Notes: a model not told the origin generated them from the sequence alone. Positions 28,353 through 38,164 are shown, numbered from the stretch's first letter. The stretch: 59,130 nt of DNA from Tissierellia bacterium (GCA_012727635.1 JAAYGQ010000102.1:1-59130), one strand, 5' to 3'. Translations and numbers: made by a program.

Positions 28353-29828
28353 CTAAGATCTTTTTCTCACTTTAAATCCAAAATACATGACCAAGACAAA
28401 GATAAGGATCCCAAGAGTGAGGTAGTAGTTTGCGTCGGCAACCTTTCCTACCTTTACCTGAGCCACATAGGTAAGCCCGAGATTCGTCATAAGATATAGA
28501 TTGATCTTTTCTATATCAGTTCCCCGCGGAAATTTCACTAAGCCATCCTTTGATAGGGAAGCATTGTAATAAATCCCTTGCTCACCCTCTAGGGTATAGG
28601 CAAGAAGGCCACGTCCCGGTTCCTTTAATGGTTGAGCCGTAAAAGTAGGCCCTATCTCCAGGGGCATAGGTCCCCCTAGACGGGCTAGACCATCCTCTTC
28701 AAGACTAAGGGTCAAAGGAAGTCGTTTAATCTCACTGGCCTCGACTTTTTCTCTGGGCTCTATAACATAAACAATCCGGCTTTTCCAGGCTTGCATTAGC
28801 TGAGAGGATTTATAACTTATTTTTGCTTTTTCATCACTCTCTGCTGCACTGTCTGAAGCAATAAAGTATAGCTCATCGTCCTGCCACTCATATCCTCTAA
28901 GGGTAATAAGATGTCCCCCGGTGGTTAGGGGAGCCCCTTCAAGATAGGGTAAGCTGCCGCCCGGCACGTTAGAATAGGCCACGGACATGCCCAGGGGATA
29001 GCCCTGATCAAGAAGGTTAAGCAGTTCTTCTTCATCGGCATAGCTTAAATAAGACTTGTAGCCTGCTTCGCCGGCAAAGGCAACATTAAAGGCCCAGTTT
29101 CCATAACCTTCAAGATGACTATCATAACTATTAAGAGCCACTTCTTCGGGAAGAAGGTCTTCTCCCAATAGTCCAATTTGTGTGGCCGTAGTATTGGCTG
29201 AGCACATAAGCTGGGCCATAAAGGGATGACGAATCTGCTGACTATAAGCAAGTTCTCCCAAAACCTTACCGGGATGAGCTTCTTTATTTACCGGGCCTTC
29301 AGTCACCATGGTATTAAGGGTTGTTAGTGCGATACGTCTAAGAGAAACGTCTTTACCCTTTAAAACTCCCCTTACTTGAACCTTATTTGCCGTGGCTTTA
29401 TCTCCTAGGACCCAGGCTGTATCATAGCTCAACTGACCATACTTATCTTCATCGGAATAGGAATGGCGTTTAGGGGATTTTTGCCAAAGACCCCAGCTAA
29501 ACCAAGTGGACCACTGCTGTTCTTGTTCATGATAAAACCTAGCCTCCAGCTCTACCGACGCCTCTTGGGGCGTCAAAGCATTCCAACTTAAAACAAGATA
29601 TTCAAAGGGCTCCATATCCATGGGGGGAAAAGTAAAGCTTCCTTCGTCATTTTTCTTGGCAAGCTTTAGGCTGGCCGTGGACTTGTTAAAAACAAGCCCC
29701 TGGAGCTCGGCTTCTTCTAGTTCTTCTCCTTCTAAGATAAGAAGGTTCCAGTTCCTCTTTTCTTCTGCAAAGCTAAAACTTTGTGCGCAAAGAAGAAGTA
29801 AAAAAATAAGTACAAAGGTCTTTTTCAT
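28353..29828 (-). CDS. Secreted, C-terminally membrane-anchored protein with a C39-like (papain-fold) peptidase domain
   Basis: Signal peptide and a C-terminal TM plus KVRKRS tail. Candidate catalytic Cys in QLMCSANTTATQIG and His in GGHLITLRGYE, resembling Peptidase_C39_2. AGGAGG ribosome-binding site. Confidence 0.5.
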   Translation of the reverse strand: MKKTFVLIFLLLLCAQSFSFAEEKRNWNLLILEGEELEEAELQGLVFNKSTASLKLAKKNDEGSFTFPPMDMEPFEYLVLSWNALTPQEASVELEARFYHEQEQQWSTWFSWGLWQKSPKRHSYSDEDKYGQLSYDTAWVLGDKATANKVQVRGVLKGKDVSLRRIALTTLNTMVTEGPVNKEAHPGKVLGELAYSQQIRHPFMAQLMCSANTTATQIGLLGEDLLPEEVALNSYDSHLEGYGNWAFNVAFAGEAGYKSYLSYADEEELLNLLDQGYPLGMSVAYSNVPGGSLPYLEGAPLTTGGHLITLRGYEWQDDELYFIASDSAAESDEKAKISYKSSQLMQAWKSRIVYVIEPREKVEASEIKRLPLTLSLEEDGLARLGGPMPLEIGPTFTAQPLKEPGRGLLAYTLEGEQGIYYNASLSKDGLVKFPRGTDIEKINLYLMTNLGLTYVAQVKVGKVADANYYLTLGILIFVLVMYFGFKVRKRS

Positions 29829-29840
29829 TTATAACCTCCT

Positions 29841-29867
29841 AAAAAAAGGATCACCCTAGGGTCATCC
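29841..29867 (-). terminator. Intrinsic terminator abutting the ribosome-binding site of the peptidase-like gene
   Basis: Minus strand GGATGACC-CTAG-GGTGATCC followed by T7, then AGGAGG and the ATG at 29828. Confidence 0.65.
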
Positions 29868-29915
29868 TTATAACAAATAAAGTTTAACATGTATTGTAAA
29901 AAAAATGTGCTTTAT

Positions 29916-30113
29916 CTAAACATTCTCCTCCTCTTTATCATCAAAATTTTCCGGTGTGTATTTGCCGTCTTTTTTTCTCTGCTTTACACATTGGGTTAGA
30001 AGATATTCAATCTGCCCATTAATAGAGCGAAAATCATCCTCGGCCCAGGCTGCAATCTGCTCATGCAACTTAGTCGAGAGACGAAGAGGGATCTGCTTTT
30101 TAACATTTGTCAT
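29916..30113 (-). CDS. Arc/MetJ-type ribbon-helix-helix DNA-binding protein
   Basis: 65 aa. QIPLRLSTKLHEQIAAWAEDDFRSINGQIEYLL is a typical Arc-like RHH, followed by an acidic tail. The ATG lies 2 nt after the SPFH stop. Confidence 0.75.
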   Translation of the reverse strand: MTNVKKQIPLRLSTKLHEQIAAWAEDDFRSINGQIEYLLTQCVKQRKKDGKYTPENFDDKEEENV

Positions 30114-30115
30114 GA

Positions 30116-31138
30116 TTAATAAAGACTACCACTGTTTACTATGGGTTGTGCATCTTTGCTACCACAAAGAACTACGAGCAGATTGGAAACCATGGCAGCT
30201 TTGCGTTCATCATCAAGTTCCACCACATTGTTTTCAGTGAGTTTTTCAAGAGCCATTTCTACCATGCCTACTGCGCCTTCTACAATCATCTTTCTTGCAT
30301 CGATAATGGCGCTGGCCTGTTGCCTTTGAAGCATCACGGCAGCAATTTCCTGGGCATAGGCAAGATAGGTAATTCTCGCTTCTATAATCTCAATACCAGC
30401 CTCTTCAACCTTGCTCTGAATCTCCTGGCGAATTCTTTCGGCTACGAGGCTACTGGAGCCTCGAAGACTTCCTTCATCGGGCTCCCCATCGCCGGTGGTA
30501 TCAATTCCCGGAGCCATATCATAGGGATAATTACGAACTATGTTACGAACGGCACTATCGCTTTGCAAAGAGAGATATTCTTTAAAGTTATCCACGTTAA
30601 AAACCGCCATGGCCGTATCCGTTACGCGCCACATTACAGCAATTCCTATATCCACGGGATTTCCTAGAACGTCGTTTACCTTTTGCTTTGAATTGCTCAG
30701 GGTCATAACCTTAAGGGAAATTTTCTTGCTGCTAGTTTCAACCTGGGCATTTCCCTGTGCTCCGGAAACAAAAAACTTGTGTCCTCCGCCACTATCAACA
30801 TCACCGCTTTGGCCAAGCTTTGTTTTGGCCGCGGGATTTACCGCTGAAGAGAAGGGATTGACATAGTAAAAACCAGGTTCCCTAATGGTTCCCGTATAGT
30901 TACCAAAAAGAGTCAACACAATGGCTTCCTTGGGTCTAATAACTTTCAATCCAAAAAAAGGGATAAAACCAACAATGCACCAGAATATTCCTAGACCTAT
31001 AAGTAGGGATCCCAGCATATTGCCTTGGTTAGATAATCCTGAACCAAAAAATATGAGGGCTATAGCACCACCGTAGAGAAGAAGAAACAAAATCAGCATA
31101 GACATGCCATTTCTTGGTTTCATAATTTTTTCTTGCAT
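30116..31138 (-). CDS. SPFH/band-7 domain membrane protein
   Basis: Two N-terminal TM segments, an SPFH core and a coiled C-terminus (AQEIAAVMLQRQQASAIIDAR). Start taken at the ATG at 31138 with an AGGAGG ribosome-binding site. Confidence 0.85.
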   Translation of the reverse strand: MQEKIMKPRNGMSMLILFLLLYGGAIALIFFGSGLSNQGNMLGSLLIGLGIFWCIVGFIPFFGLKVIRPKEAIVLTLFGNYTGTIREPGFYYVNPFSSAVNPAAKTKLGQSGDVDSGGGHKFFVSGAQGNAQVETSSKKISLKVMTLSNSKQKVNDVLGNPVDIGIAVMWRVTDTAMAVFNVDNFKEYLSLQSDSAVRNIVRNYPYDMAPGIDTTGDGEPDEGSLRGSSSLVAERIRQEIQSKVEEAGIEIIEARITYLAYAQEIAAVMLQRQQASAIIDARKMIVEGAVGMVEMALEKLTENNVVELDDERKAAMVSNLLVVLCGSKDAQPIVNSGSLY

Positions 31139-31150
31139 CACACACCTCCT

Positions 31151-31187
31151 AATATCTTTATAATATCATTTTGATATCTATTGTCAA
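31151..31187 (-). promoter_or_regulatory. SPFH operon promoter with three phased (A/G)ATATC hexamers
   Basis: Minus strand TTGACA (31182-31187), 16-nt spacer, TGaTATTAT (-10 at 31160-31165). Hexamers AATATC, AATATC and GATATC start at 31151, 31162 and 31173, an exact 11-bp phasing. Confidence 0.6.
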
Positions 31188-31202
31188 GATATACTGATGT
31201 TC

Positions 31203-31237
31203 TAAAAAAAAAGAAGTCATCGCCTGGGCGATGACCT
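31203..31237 (-). terminator. Rho-independent terminator of pck
   Basis: Minus strand GTCATCGCC/GGCGATGAC hairpin followed by TTCTTTTTTTTT. Confidence 0.85.
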
Positions 31238-31246
31238 CTATGAACT

Positions 31247-33043
31247 CTAAACTTCATTTAATCTTTTTTCCAGAGCCTCCAGCTCATCATAAAGCTCTTT
31301 GGGCATTTTTTTCCCATAGCCTTCGAAGTGCTCCCCTATGGATTTCACTTCTTCAAGCCATAGCTTCTTATCCACTGTTAATATTTCTTCCAGTTCCTTT
31401 TTATCAAGCTCAAGACCTGTTAAATCAAGATCTTCTACAGCGGGCATATATCCAAGAGCGGTTTTTCTTGCCGGAATAGTGCCATCAATGCGCTGAGTAA
31501 TCCATTTTAGAACACGGCTGTTGTCACCAAAACCGGGCCAAATAAAATCTCCTTCTTGATTTTTTCTAAACCAGTTGACATAAAATATTTTAGGAAGCTT
31601 ATCTTCTTCGGTCTTCTGAGTGGCATCGAGCCAGTTTTGCAGATAATCGGCAACATGATAGCCAATAAAGGGAAGCATGGCAAAGGGATCTCTTCTAACT
31701 TGGCCGATTTTATCGGAAATAACGGCAGCCGTTACTTCACTGCCCATAATAGAACCAAGGAAGATTCCATGCTGCCAGCTAAAGCTCTCATGAACCAAGG
31801 GAATTGTCGTGGCCCTTCGGCCTCCCACTAAAATAGCATCAATGGGAACGCCCAAGGGAGCTTCCCAGTCCGGCGCAATGCTTGGACACTGGCTGGCGGG
31901 AGTGGTAAAACGAGCATTGGCATGGGCTGCCTTTTCTTTACTCTGAGGAGTCCAATCATTGCCCTTCCAATCGATAAGATGTTCCGGAGCTTTAATGCCC
32001 ATACCTTCCCACCAAACTTTATTGTCATCGGTGAGGGCGGTATTGGTAAAAATTGTATTGCTTTGAATGGTGGCCATAGCCGATGGATTGCTTCCTTGGC
32101 TGGTCCCCGGAGCCACACCAAAAAATCCGGACTCAGGATTAATGGCATAGAGTCTTCCATCTTCGCCAAAGTGCATCCAGGAAATATCATCGCCTACGGT
32201 TTCTACCTTCCAGCCTTCAATGGTGGGAACCAGCATGGCCAGATTGGTTTTGCCACAGGCCGAGGGGAAGGCGCCACAGACATGATACACCTTGCCTTGG
32301 GGATTTGTTAGTTTCAAAATCAGCATATGTTCTGCCAGCCAGCCTTCGTCCCGGGCTATAACCGAGGCGATACGAAGGGCGAAGCATTTCTTACCCAGAA
32401 GAGCATTGCCACCATAACCTGAGCCAAAGCTGCAAATACTGCGTTCTTCAGGAAACTGTGCGATGTATTTTTTATCCATGGGAGCACAGGGCCAAGGGGT
32501 ATCCTCTTCACCCTCTTCCAGGGGCGCACCCACACTATGTAAACAAGGGACAAATTCCTCACCGGCTTCAATACGCTTAAGAGCTACATCGCCAATTCTT
32601 GTCATAATAGCCATATTGGCTACAACATAAGGACTATCGGTAATTTCAACGCCCAGCTTTGCATAGGGCGAATCCACAGGGCCCATGCAAAAGGGGATTA
32701 CATAGAGGGTCCTTCCCTTCATGGAGCCATTAAATAGACCATTGAGAGTTTCTTTTAAAACAGTAGGATCGATCCAATTGTTTGTTGGGCCGGCGTCTTC
32801 TTCCTTTAGGGAAGCGATAAAAGTTCGATCTTCCACCCTGGCCACATCGGAAGCGTCGCTTCTAAAAAGTGTACAACCGGGATACACATTTTCATCCAAA
32901 CGCTGAGCAATACCCTTTTCTACCATCATATCTGTAAGCTCAGCCAACTCTTTCTCAGAACCATTACACCAGTAAACTTGATCTGCTTGCGTAAGTTCGC
33001 CAATCTCTTGGACCCACTTGAGCAGCATGTCCTTGCCTTTCAT
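31247..33043 (-). CDS. pck: Phosphoenolpyruvate carboxykinase (GTP)
   Basis: 598 aa. The FPSACGKTN kinase-1a P-loop and overall pattern match GTP-dependent PEPCK. Confidence 0.95.
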   Translation of the reverse strand: MKGKDMLLKWVQEIGELTQADQVYWCNGSEKELAELTDMMVEKGIAQRLDENVYPGCTLFRSDASDVARVEDRTFIASLKEEDAGPTNNWIDPTVLKETLNGLFNGSMKGRTLYVIPFCMGPVDSPYAKLGVEITDSPYVVANMAIMTRIGDVALKRIEAGEEFVPCLHSVGAPLEEGEEDTPWPCAPMDKKYIAQFPEERSICSFGSGYGGNALLGKKCFALRIASVIARDEGWLAEHMLILKLTNPQGKVYHVCGAFPSACGKTNLAMLVPTIEGWKVETVGDDISWMHFGEDGRLYAINPESGFFGVAPGTSQGSNPSAMATIQSNTIFTNTALTDDNKVWWEGMGIKAPEHLIDWKGNDWTPQSKEKAAHANARFTTPASQCPSIAPDWEAPLGVPIDAILVGGRRATTIPLVHESFSWQHGIFLGSIMGSEVTAAVISDKIGQVRRDPFAMLPFIGYHVADYLQNWLDATQKTEEDKLPKIFYVNWFRKNQEGDFIWPGFGDNSRVLKWITQRIDGTIPARKTALGYMPAVEDLDLTGLELDKKELEEILTVDKKLWLEEVKSIGEHFEGYGKKMPKELYDELEALEKRLNEV

Positions 33044-33058
33044 TTCTCCCCCCTTAAT

Positions 33059-33757
33059 TTAAATGACAAGATTTTTCACCAGAGCAGGTATTTGCTCTAA
33101 TGATGTCACAATATAATCAACTTTTAATGTACTAACATTTTCACCGGGATTATACCAACAGCTTAAAAGTCCATAGTTGACGGCCCCAAGCATATCCGAA
33201 GGCAAACTGTCACCAATAAAAAGGATTTTCTTAGGATCATCTTGACCTATTCTACTCATCATAATATCAAAAAAGCCCTTTTGGGGTTTTTCAAAGCCGG
33301 TTTCCTCGGAAATAATAATCTCATCAAAATAAGACCTAATACCACTTGCATCCAGTCTTCCCCTTTGAATGGAAAGAATTCCATTGCTGGCTAGGGCCAG
33401 GGGATAGTTCATACTTAGTTCTTCTAACACTTCACGGGCACCGGCGATAATATCTCCCCCTTTAGAAAGCTCTTCTTCATAACTGAGTTTCATTTTACCA
33501 TCAAAACCTTGAAGATCGTAGTGATCACAAAAAAGGCGAAAGCGCTTCTCAATAAGCTCCTGCTTTTGGATTTCTCCCCGTTCCAGGGCACGCCAAAGAC
33601 CACGGTTCAATCTGTTGTAGGTTTCGAGATAGTCTTTTCTATCCTCGAAACCCAGACTAAGAAGCATTCTAGTAAAGGCCTCTTTCTGGGCCGCCTTAAA
33701 ATCAAGAAGGGTATCATCGGCGTCAAATACAATCCAATTTATGTTTTCATTTCTCAT
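33059..33757 (-). CDS. HAD-family hydrolase, YjjG-like nucleotidase
   Basis: FDADDTLLDF and GDSLPSD motifs. Start taken at the internal ATG (MRNENINWIVFD). Confidence 0.75.
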   Translation of the reverse strand: MRNENINWIVFDADDTLLDFKAAQKEAFTRMLLSLGFEDRKDYLETYNRLNRGLWRALERGEIQKQELIEKRFRLFCDHYDLQGFDGKMKLSYEEELSKGGDIIAGAREVLEELSMNYPLALASNGILSIQRGRLDASGIRSYFDEIIISEETGFEKPQKGFFDIMMSRIGQDDPKKILFIGDSLPSDMLGAVNYGLLSCWYNPGENVSTLKVDYIVTSLEQIPALVKNLVI

Positions 33758-33788
33758 TTGTTTCTCCCTAAAGCTTACTTCTAACCCA

Positions 33789-34340
33789 TTAAACAAGGTG
33801 AAGTAGCATCCCCATTGCGGCCCCAAGACCAATAACCAAAACCGGATGAATGTTTTTAAGTTTAATTAGTCCAAAAAAGCCCAGAAATAGAGCTAGGTTG
33901 AGCCAATTGATCCCGCTGAGCACAAGGTTTCCTCCGAAAAATACCACCATCTTTATAAAACCTAGAAGGGCTGCGCTTATAAGGCCGGCCGAGGTGGGCC
34001 GTAGTCCATAAAAGATTCCTTGGGTCAGGGGGCTTTTCTGATAGCGGTCTAGAAAGGGAATCAAAAGAAGGACCACTATAATAGAAGGGAGCACCAAAGC
34101 CAGCGTGGCCATAACACCACCTAAATATCCACCAACCCTTATGCCAACAAAGGTTGCCATGTTTATGCCGATGGGACCCGGTGTGGATTCACTTATAGCC
34201 ACCATATCTATAAGTTCCTTTGTAGTAAACCAACCGTATTTTTCACCCATATCTTGCAAAAAGGGAATGGTAGCAAGGCCACCGCCAATGGCAAAAAGCC
34301 CCGTAAAAGCAAAGGCATAGATGAGTCTAAGAATTTCCAT
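33789..34340 (-). CDS. Chromate transporter family protein (short CHR, second half of pair)
   Basis: The FAIGGGLATIPFL pattern matches the CHR family. Paired with the upstream paralogue, like B. subtilis ywrA/ywrB. Confidence 0.8.
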   Translation of the reverse strand: MEILRLIYAFAFTGLFAIGGGLATIPFLQDMGEKYGWFTTKELIDMVAISESTPGPIGINMATFVGIRVGGYLGGVMATLALVLPSIIVVLLLIPFLDRYQKSPLTQGIFYGLRPTSAGLISAALLGFIKMVVFFGGNLVLSGINWLNLALFLGFFGLIKLKNIHPVLVIGLGAAMGMLLHLV

Positions 34341-34869
34341 ATTTCCTCCTTGAAAGAAGGATACCAAGCCCTGCACCCACTAAAACCGTTACTAGGATTG
34401 GACTTGAAAAACCAAGAATAAGAAAAAGAACCACTGCAAATATAAGAAGTCCTCCCCAATCTTTAATGGCACTTTTAGACATCTTAATAACTGTTGTCAA
34501 AATAAGGGCACTAACGGCAACGCGAATTCCCGCCAAAGCCCCCATCACCTTAGGGTGATCGTAAAATTGTTCGAGGATCCCGGCTAAAAAGCTAATAATC
34601 ACAATGCTAGGAGAAATAAGACCCAGCACCGCAATCACAGCTCCAAAAGTGCCGGCCTGTTTTTGCCCTATAAAGGTCGCCGTATTGACCGCTATAATTC
34701 CAGGCGTCGTTTGGCCAATGGCGTAATAATCAAGAAGTTGCTCCTCCGTGGCCCATGCTTTATTTTCAACAACTTCCCTTTGTAGAAGGGGCAGCATGGC
34801 ATAGCCTCCACCAAAGGTAAACAGGCCCATTCGAAAAAAAGTGCTGAATAACTCTAGGTAAATTTTCAT
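34327..34869 (-). CDS. Chromate transporter family protein (short CHR, first half of pair)
   Basis: FTFGGGYAMLPLL motif. Overlaps its partner by 14 nt. Confidence 0.8.
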   Translation of the reverse strand: MKIYLELFSTFFRMGLFTFGGGYAMLPLLQREVVENKAWATEEQLLDYYAIGQTTPGIIAVNTATFIGQKQAGTFGAVIAVLGLISPSIVIISFLAGILEQFYDHPKVMGALAGIRVAVSALILTTVIKMSKSAIKDWGGLLIFAVVLFLILGFSSPILVTVLVGAGLGILLSRRKYGNS

Positions 34870-35020
34870 AATTCCTCCACAAACATCCTAGCACAATTAA
34901 GATAAAAATAAAGCCTCTAAGTCTCATTTTTATTAAAGAATACATCTCATCTATTATGAAAATATGCTTTAAATTAAACCAAGGAAACCATTAATGATTG
35001 ATTTCAAAAAGTTTATTAAT

Positions 35021-35058
35021 AAAAAAAGTGGCTCCTATGTTATTGGGCCACTTCTTTT
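35021..35058. terminator. Bidirectional terminator downstream of the AKR gene
   Basis: A7-AAGTGGC-loop-GCCACTT-CTTTTAT. Confidence 0.6.
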
Positions 35059-35097
35059 ATAAGGCACTTGTCAAGAGAGACTCGCTCTTTCCCCTCT

Positions 35098-36126
35098 CTA
35101 AAATTTAAGAGGAAGCTTTTCATCTAATACTTTCTTTGTGTTTTCCATCATGGAAATAATGGGCAGATCATAGGGACAGCGACTCTCACACAAACCACAG
35201 GCTATGCAGTCCGCTGCCTTCTTATCAAAGGCTCCATAGCGCTCCAGGGCCCATTCTTCGAGATGATAGCGGCTATAGTAGCCCTCCATAAGAAAGACTG
35301 TAGGAATATCTATGCCTAGGCTGCAGGGCATACAGTAGCCACAGCGACGACAAAAATGTTCCCCCAGTTCATCGGCTTCTTCTTTAATAAGTTGCCGCTC
35401 CTGGGTGCTTAAAGGCCCAAGCTGCATCTGCTCTAGATTCATCCTTAATTGCTGGGGCCCGTCGATTCCCGGGATGATCACATCGCCCACCCCACCGTGA
35501 AGCAGATAGCGCAGAGCAAGGTCTTTATGACGCAGAGCCCCTCCAGCAAAGGGTTTCATAATGATGGTGCCTATTCCCTTTTCCTTGGCTCTTCTTAAAA
35601 GCGCCTCTCCCTGACTTTCCATATAGTTCATGGGAAATTGCACTGTAGCAAAAAGCCCCGACTCAATGGCCCTTTCTAGGATGTCTACCCTATGGGTCGA
35701 TAAACCTAGATGGGCAATCCGTCCCTCATTTTGAACCTTTTTGCAGTAGTCATAGCCGCCTCCAGGTCCTGTAAGAATATCAAATTCCTCAAAGCTTCGC
35801 ACATTATGAAACTGATAGAGATCAATTTTATCCCGTTTAAGAAGAGAAAAACTCATTTCCATCTCTTCTTTGATTCCCACTTCACTGCGCTGCATGCTTT
35901 TTGTCGCTAGATAAATATCTGGGTTTCCCAACTCCTTTAGGGCGTTTCCAATAAAGCCTTCGCTAACGGTGTAACCTCGGGCCGTATCAATGAAGTTTAT
36001 GCCCATTTCAAGGCAATCCCCAATAAGGTCTATGGCCTGTTTTTCTTCAATGCGTTGAAGGGGAATCCCACCCAAACCTAGAGGGAGAACCTCCATACCG
36101 GTTGTACCTAGCTGTATTTTTCTCAC
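35098..36126 (-). CDS. Aldo/keto reductase with a C-terminal 4Fe-4S ferredoxin-like domain
   Basis: AKR core (GINFIDTARGY), plus the CRRCGYCMPC and CIACGLCESRCP cysteine clusters. Confidence 0.85.
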   Translation of the reverse strand: MRKIQLGTTGMEVLPLGLGGIPLQRIEEKQAIDLIGDCLEMGINFIDTARGYTVSEGFIGNALKELGNPDIYLATKSMQRSEVGIKEEMEMSFSLLKRDKIDLYQFHNVRSFEEFDILTGPGGGYDYCKKVQNEGRIAHLGLSTHRVDILERAIESGLFATVQFPMNYMESQGEALLRRAKEKGIGTIIMKPFAGGALRHKDLALRYLLHGGVGDVIIPGIDGPQQLRMNLEQMQLGPLSTQERQLIKEEADELGEHFCRRCGYCMPCSLGIDIPTVFLMEGYYSRYHLEEWALERYGAFDKKAADCIACGLCESRCPYDLPIISMMENTKKVLDEKLPLKF

Positions 36127-36144
36127 TTATCCTCCAGATTTTAT

Positions 36145-36648
36145 TTATTCAAGGGCTCCGCAAAAGGCCTTCATAAAGATAGGAAGATCTGCCGGGGTCC
36201 TTGAAGTTATAAGGTTACCATCCACTACAAGCCCTTCATCTACCCAGTCGGCGCCGGTGTGGATTAGGTCATCTTTTATCGACATAAAGGATGTGAGCTT
36301 TCTTCCTTTAAGATCCAGAGAAGAGGCTAGAAGCCAAGGTCCGTGACATATGGCGGCGATGGGTTTGCCCGCATCGTCCAGGGCCTTAACCAGCGCTCTT
36401 GTTTCAGGGCTTCTTCGCATATAATCCGGTGAGAAACCACCAGGAATTACTAGACCGGCGTAATCATCGGCATTTATATCCCTTGAGGCATGGGTGCTTT
36501 TCATTTTCATTCCCGCCGCACTGGCGTAGGAGACATCTTTATCCGTGCCAACCAAATGAACTTCGTAGTTCTCTAGAAGACGAAAATAAGGATAAATCAG
36601 TTCCATTTCATTGAAATTTGTTTCGATTAAAACAATTACTTTTTTCAT
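36145..36648 (-). CDS. DJ-1/PfpI family protein
   Basis: 167 aa with an AAICHGP nucleophile elbow. Confidence 0.85.
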   Translation of the reverse strand: MKKVIVLIETNFNEMELIYPYFRLLENYEVHLVGTDKDVSYASAAGMKMKSTHASRDINADDYAGLVIPGGFSPDYMRRSPETRALVKALDDAGKPIAAICHGPWLLASSLDLKGRKLTSFMSIKDDLIHTGADWVDEGLVVDGNLITSRTPADLPIFMKAFCGALE

Positions 36649-36713
36649 TTTTTCTCCTTTTAGATTTAGTGCTGTTATTTTTTAGAATACCCCTATAGCC
36701 TCCCATTAAAACC

Positions 36714-38162
36714 CTAGAGGATCTTTTTCCAGGTGGCCGGTAGAAAGAGAATGAAGATAGGAAAGATCTCAAGCCTGCCAGCAATCATGGCAAAGCTAAG
36801 AAGAAGTTTGCTAAAATCACTGAGTCCGGAATAGTTTGCTGTGGGTCCTACAAGACCCAGGCCAGGTCCAATATTATTAAAGGTGGCCAAGACTGCTGAA
36901 GTAGCACTCTCTAAATCTTGAAGATCTAGACTGATAATAAGAATAAGGACAAGGACAATGATAACATAAAGCATAAAATAGTTCAGTATAGATAGAGCTC
37001 CCTGTTCACTGACGGCCCGGCCGTCTTGGGTAAGTCGTACAATTCTCTTGGGTTGCCGAATCCTTTTTATTTCCGTAAGGGCGCTCTTTACAAGAACCAC
37101 AACCCTGGATACCTTAAGGCCTCCGGCGGTGGATCCAGCACTGGCTCCAATGCACATCAAACTAAGGAGAATAAGTTTTGAAAAGAGAGGCCAAGCTCCA
37201 AAATTTGCCGTACCAAAACCCGTAGTGGTAATAATAGAACTTACTGTAAAAAAACTGTGGCGAAGACTGCTTAGGCCACCGTAGAGGTCTTGGATATTGA
37301 GACTTATCGCTACAATGGCGACCAAGGCAATCAAAAGATACCAACGTAGTTCTTCATTTTTTAAGATATCTTTCTTATTGCCGAATAGAAACAGATAATG
37401 AAGGTTAAAATTGGTTCCAAACATAAGCATGGATATACCCAGTACGATTTCAATATAAGTGCTATTGTAATAACCCACACTGAGAGCTTTGTTACTAAAC
37501 CCACCGGTACCGGCAGCACCAAAGGCGTGGATTAGAGCATCAAAGAGATTCATTCCTCCAATAAGGAGAAAAACTACCACAATCGCCGTCATGGCAATAT
37601 AAATAACATAGAGTATTCTTGCTGTGACACTGAGTTTGCTCACAAGTTTACCAAAACTTGGCCCCGGCACTTCAGCCTTGATCATTCTTAGGCTATCGGT
37701 AGGTATTTTTGGAAGAATAGCCAGAGCAAATACTAGAATTCCCATTCCACCAATGACATGGGTAAAGCTGCGCCAAAACAACATGGAGTGGCTCAGTGCC
37801 TCTACATCTTTAAGGATCGAACTCCCCGTGGTAGTAAAGCCGCTAGAGGTTTCAAAAAAGCAGTCCACTAGGTTGGGAATTTGTCCTGAAAAATAAAAGG
37901 GTAAACTACCAAAAAAACTTAGTAGTATCCAGCTCATTCCCACAATAACGAAGGCTTCTCGCATATAAAAATGATGGTCAGCCAGCTTCTTTCGGTAAAG
38001 CAAAGTGCTCACCAGTATCAAAAGAACAATAGTGAAAACATAGGCAAGAATATCTGAGGCTGCCTCTTTATAGATCAGCCCCACAGTAAGAGGTAAAATG
38101 AGAAGTGCCGCTTCTATACGAAGCAATTTAGCCAATACATAACGTACGATATTATAATTCAT
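36714..38162 (-). CDS. trkH: TrkH-family potassium uptake protein
   Basis: 482-aa polytopic protein with repeated TTTGF/GTGGFS selectivity-filter-like motifs, downstream of trkA. Confidence 0.9.
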   Translation of the reverse strand: MNYNIVRYVLAKLLRIEAALLILPLTVGLIYKEAASDILAYVFTIVLLILVSTLLYRKKLADHHFYMREAFVIVGMSWILLSFFGSLPFYFSGQIPNLVDCFFETSSGFTTTGSSILKDVEALSHSMLFWRSFTHVIGGMGILVFALAILPKIPTDSLRMIKAEVPGPSFGKLVSKLSVTARILYVIYIAMTAIVVVFLLIGGMNLFDALIHAFGAAGTGGFSNKALSVGYYNSTYIEIVLGISMLMFGTNFNLHYLFLFGNKKDILKNEELRWYLLIALVAIVAISLNIQDLYGGLSSLRHSFFTVSSIITTTGFGTANFGAWPLFSKLILLSLMCIGASAGSTAGGLKVSRVVVLVKSALTEIKRIRQPKRIVRLTQDGRAVSEQGALSILNYFMLYVIIVLVLILIISLDLQDLESATSAVLATFNNIGPGLGLVGPTANYSGLSDFSKLLLSFAMIAGRLEIFPIFILFLPATWKKIL

Positions 38163-38164
38163 AA

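Noticed and set aside
1983-32311. Many 60-170-aa ORFs in the supplied track that lie antisense to or out of frame within larger genes. Examples: 1983-2351, 8443-8685, 9022-9351, 17370-17783, 22817-23278, 30146-30667, 31828-32190 and 31922-32311.
   Set aside because: Each is fully embedded in a long ORF with strong family motifs on the other strand or frame. Their sequences are low-complexity (Ser/Arg/Leu/Pro-rich) shadow translations.
34994-35062. 22-aa ORF (MIDFKKFINKKSGSYVIGPLLL) with an AAGGAA site 6 nt upstream, in the chrA/AKR intergenic region.
   Set aside because: It is too short to evaluate. Its 3' half is simply the terminator hairpin sequence, and there is no independent support.
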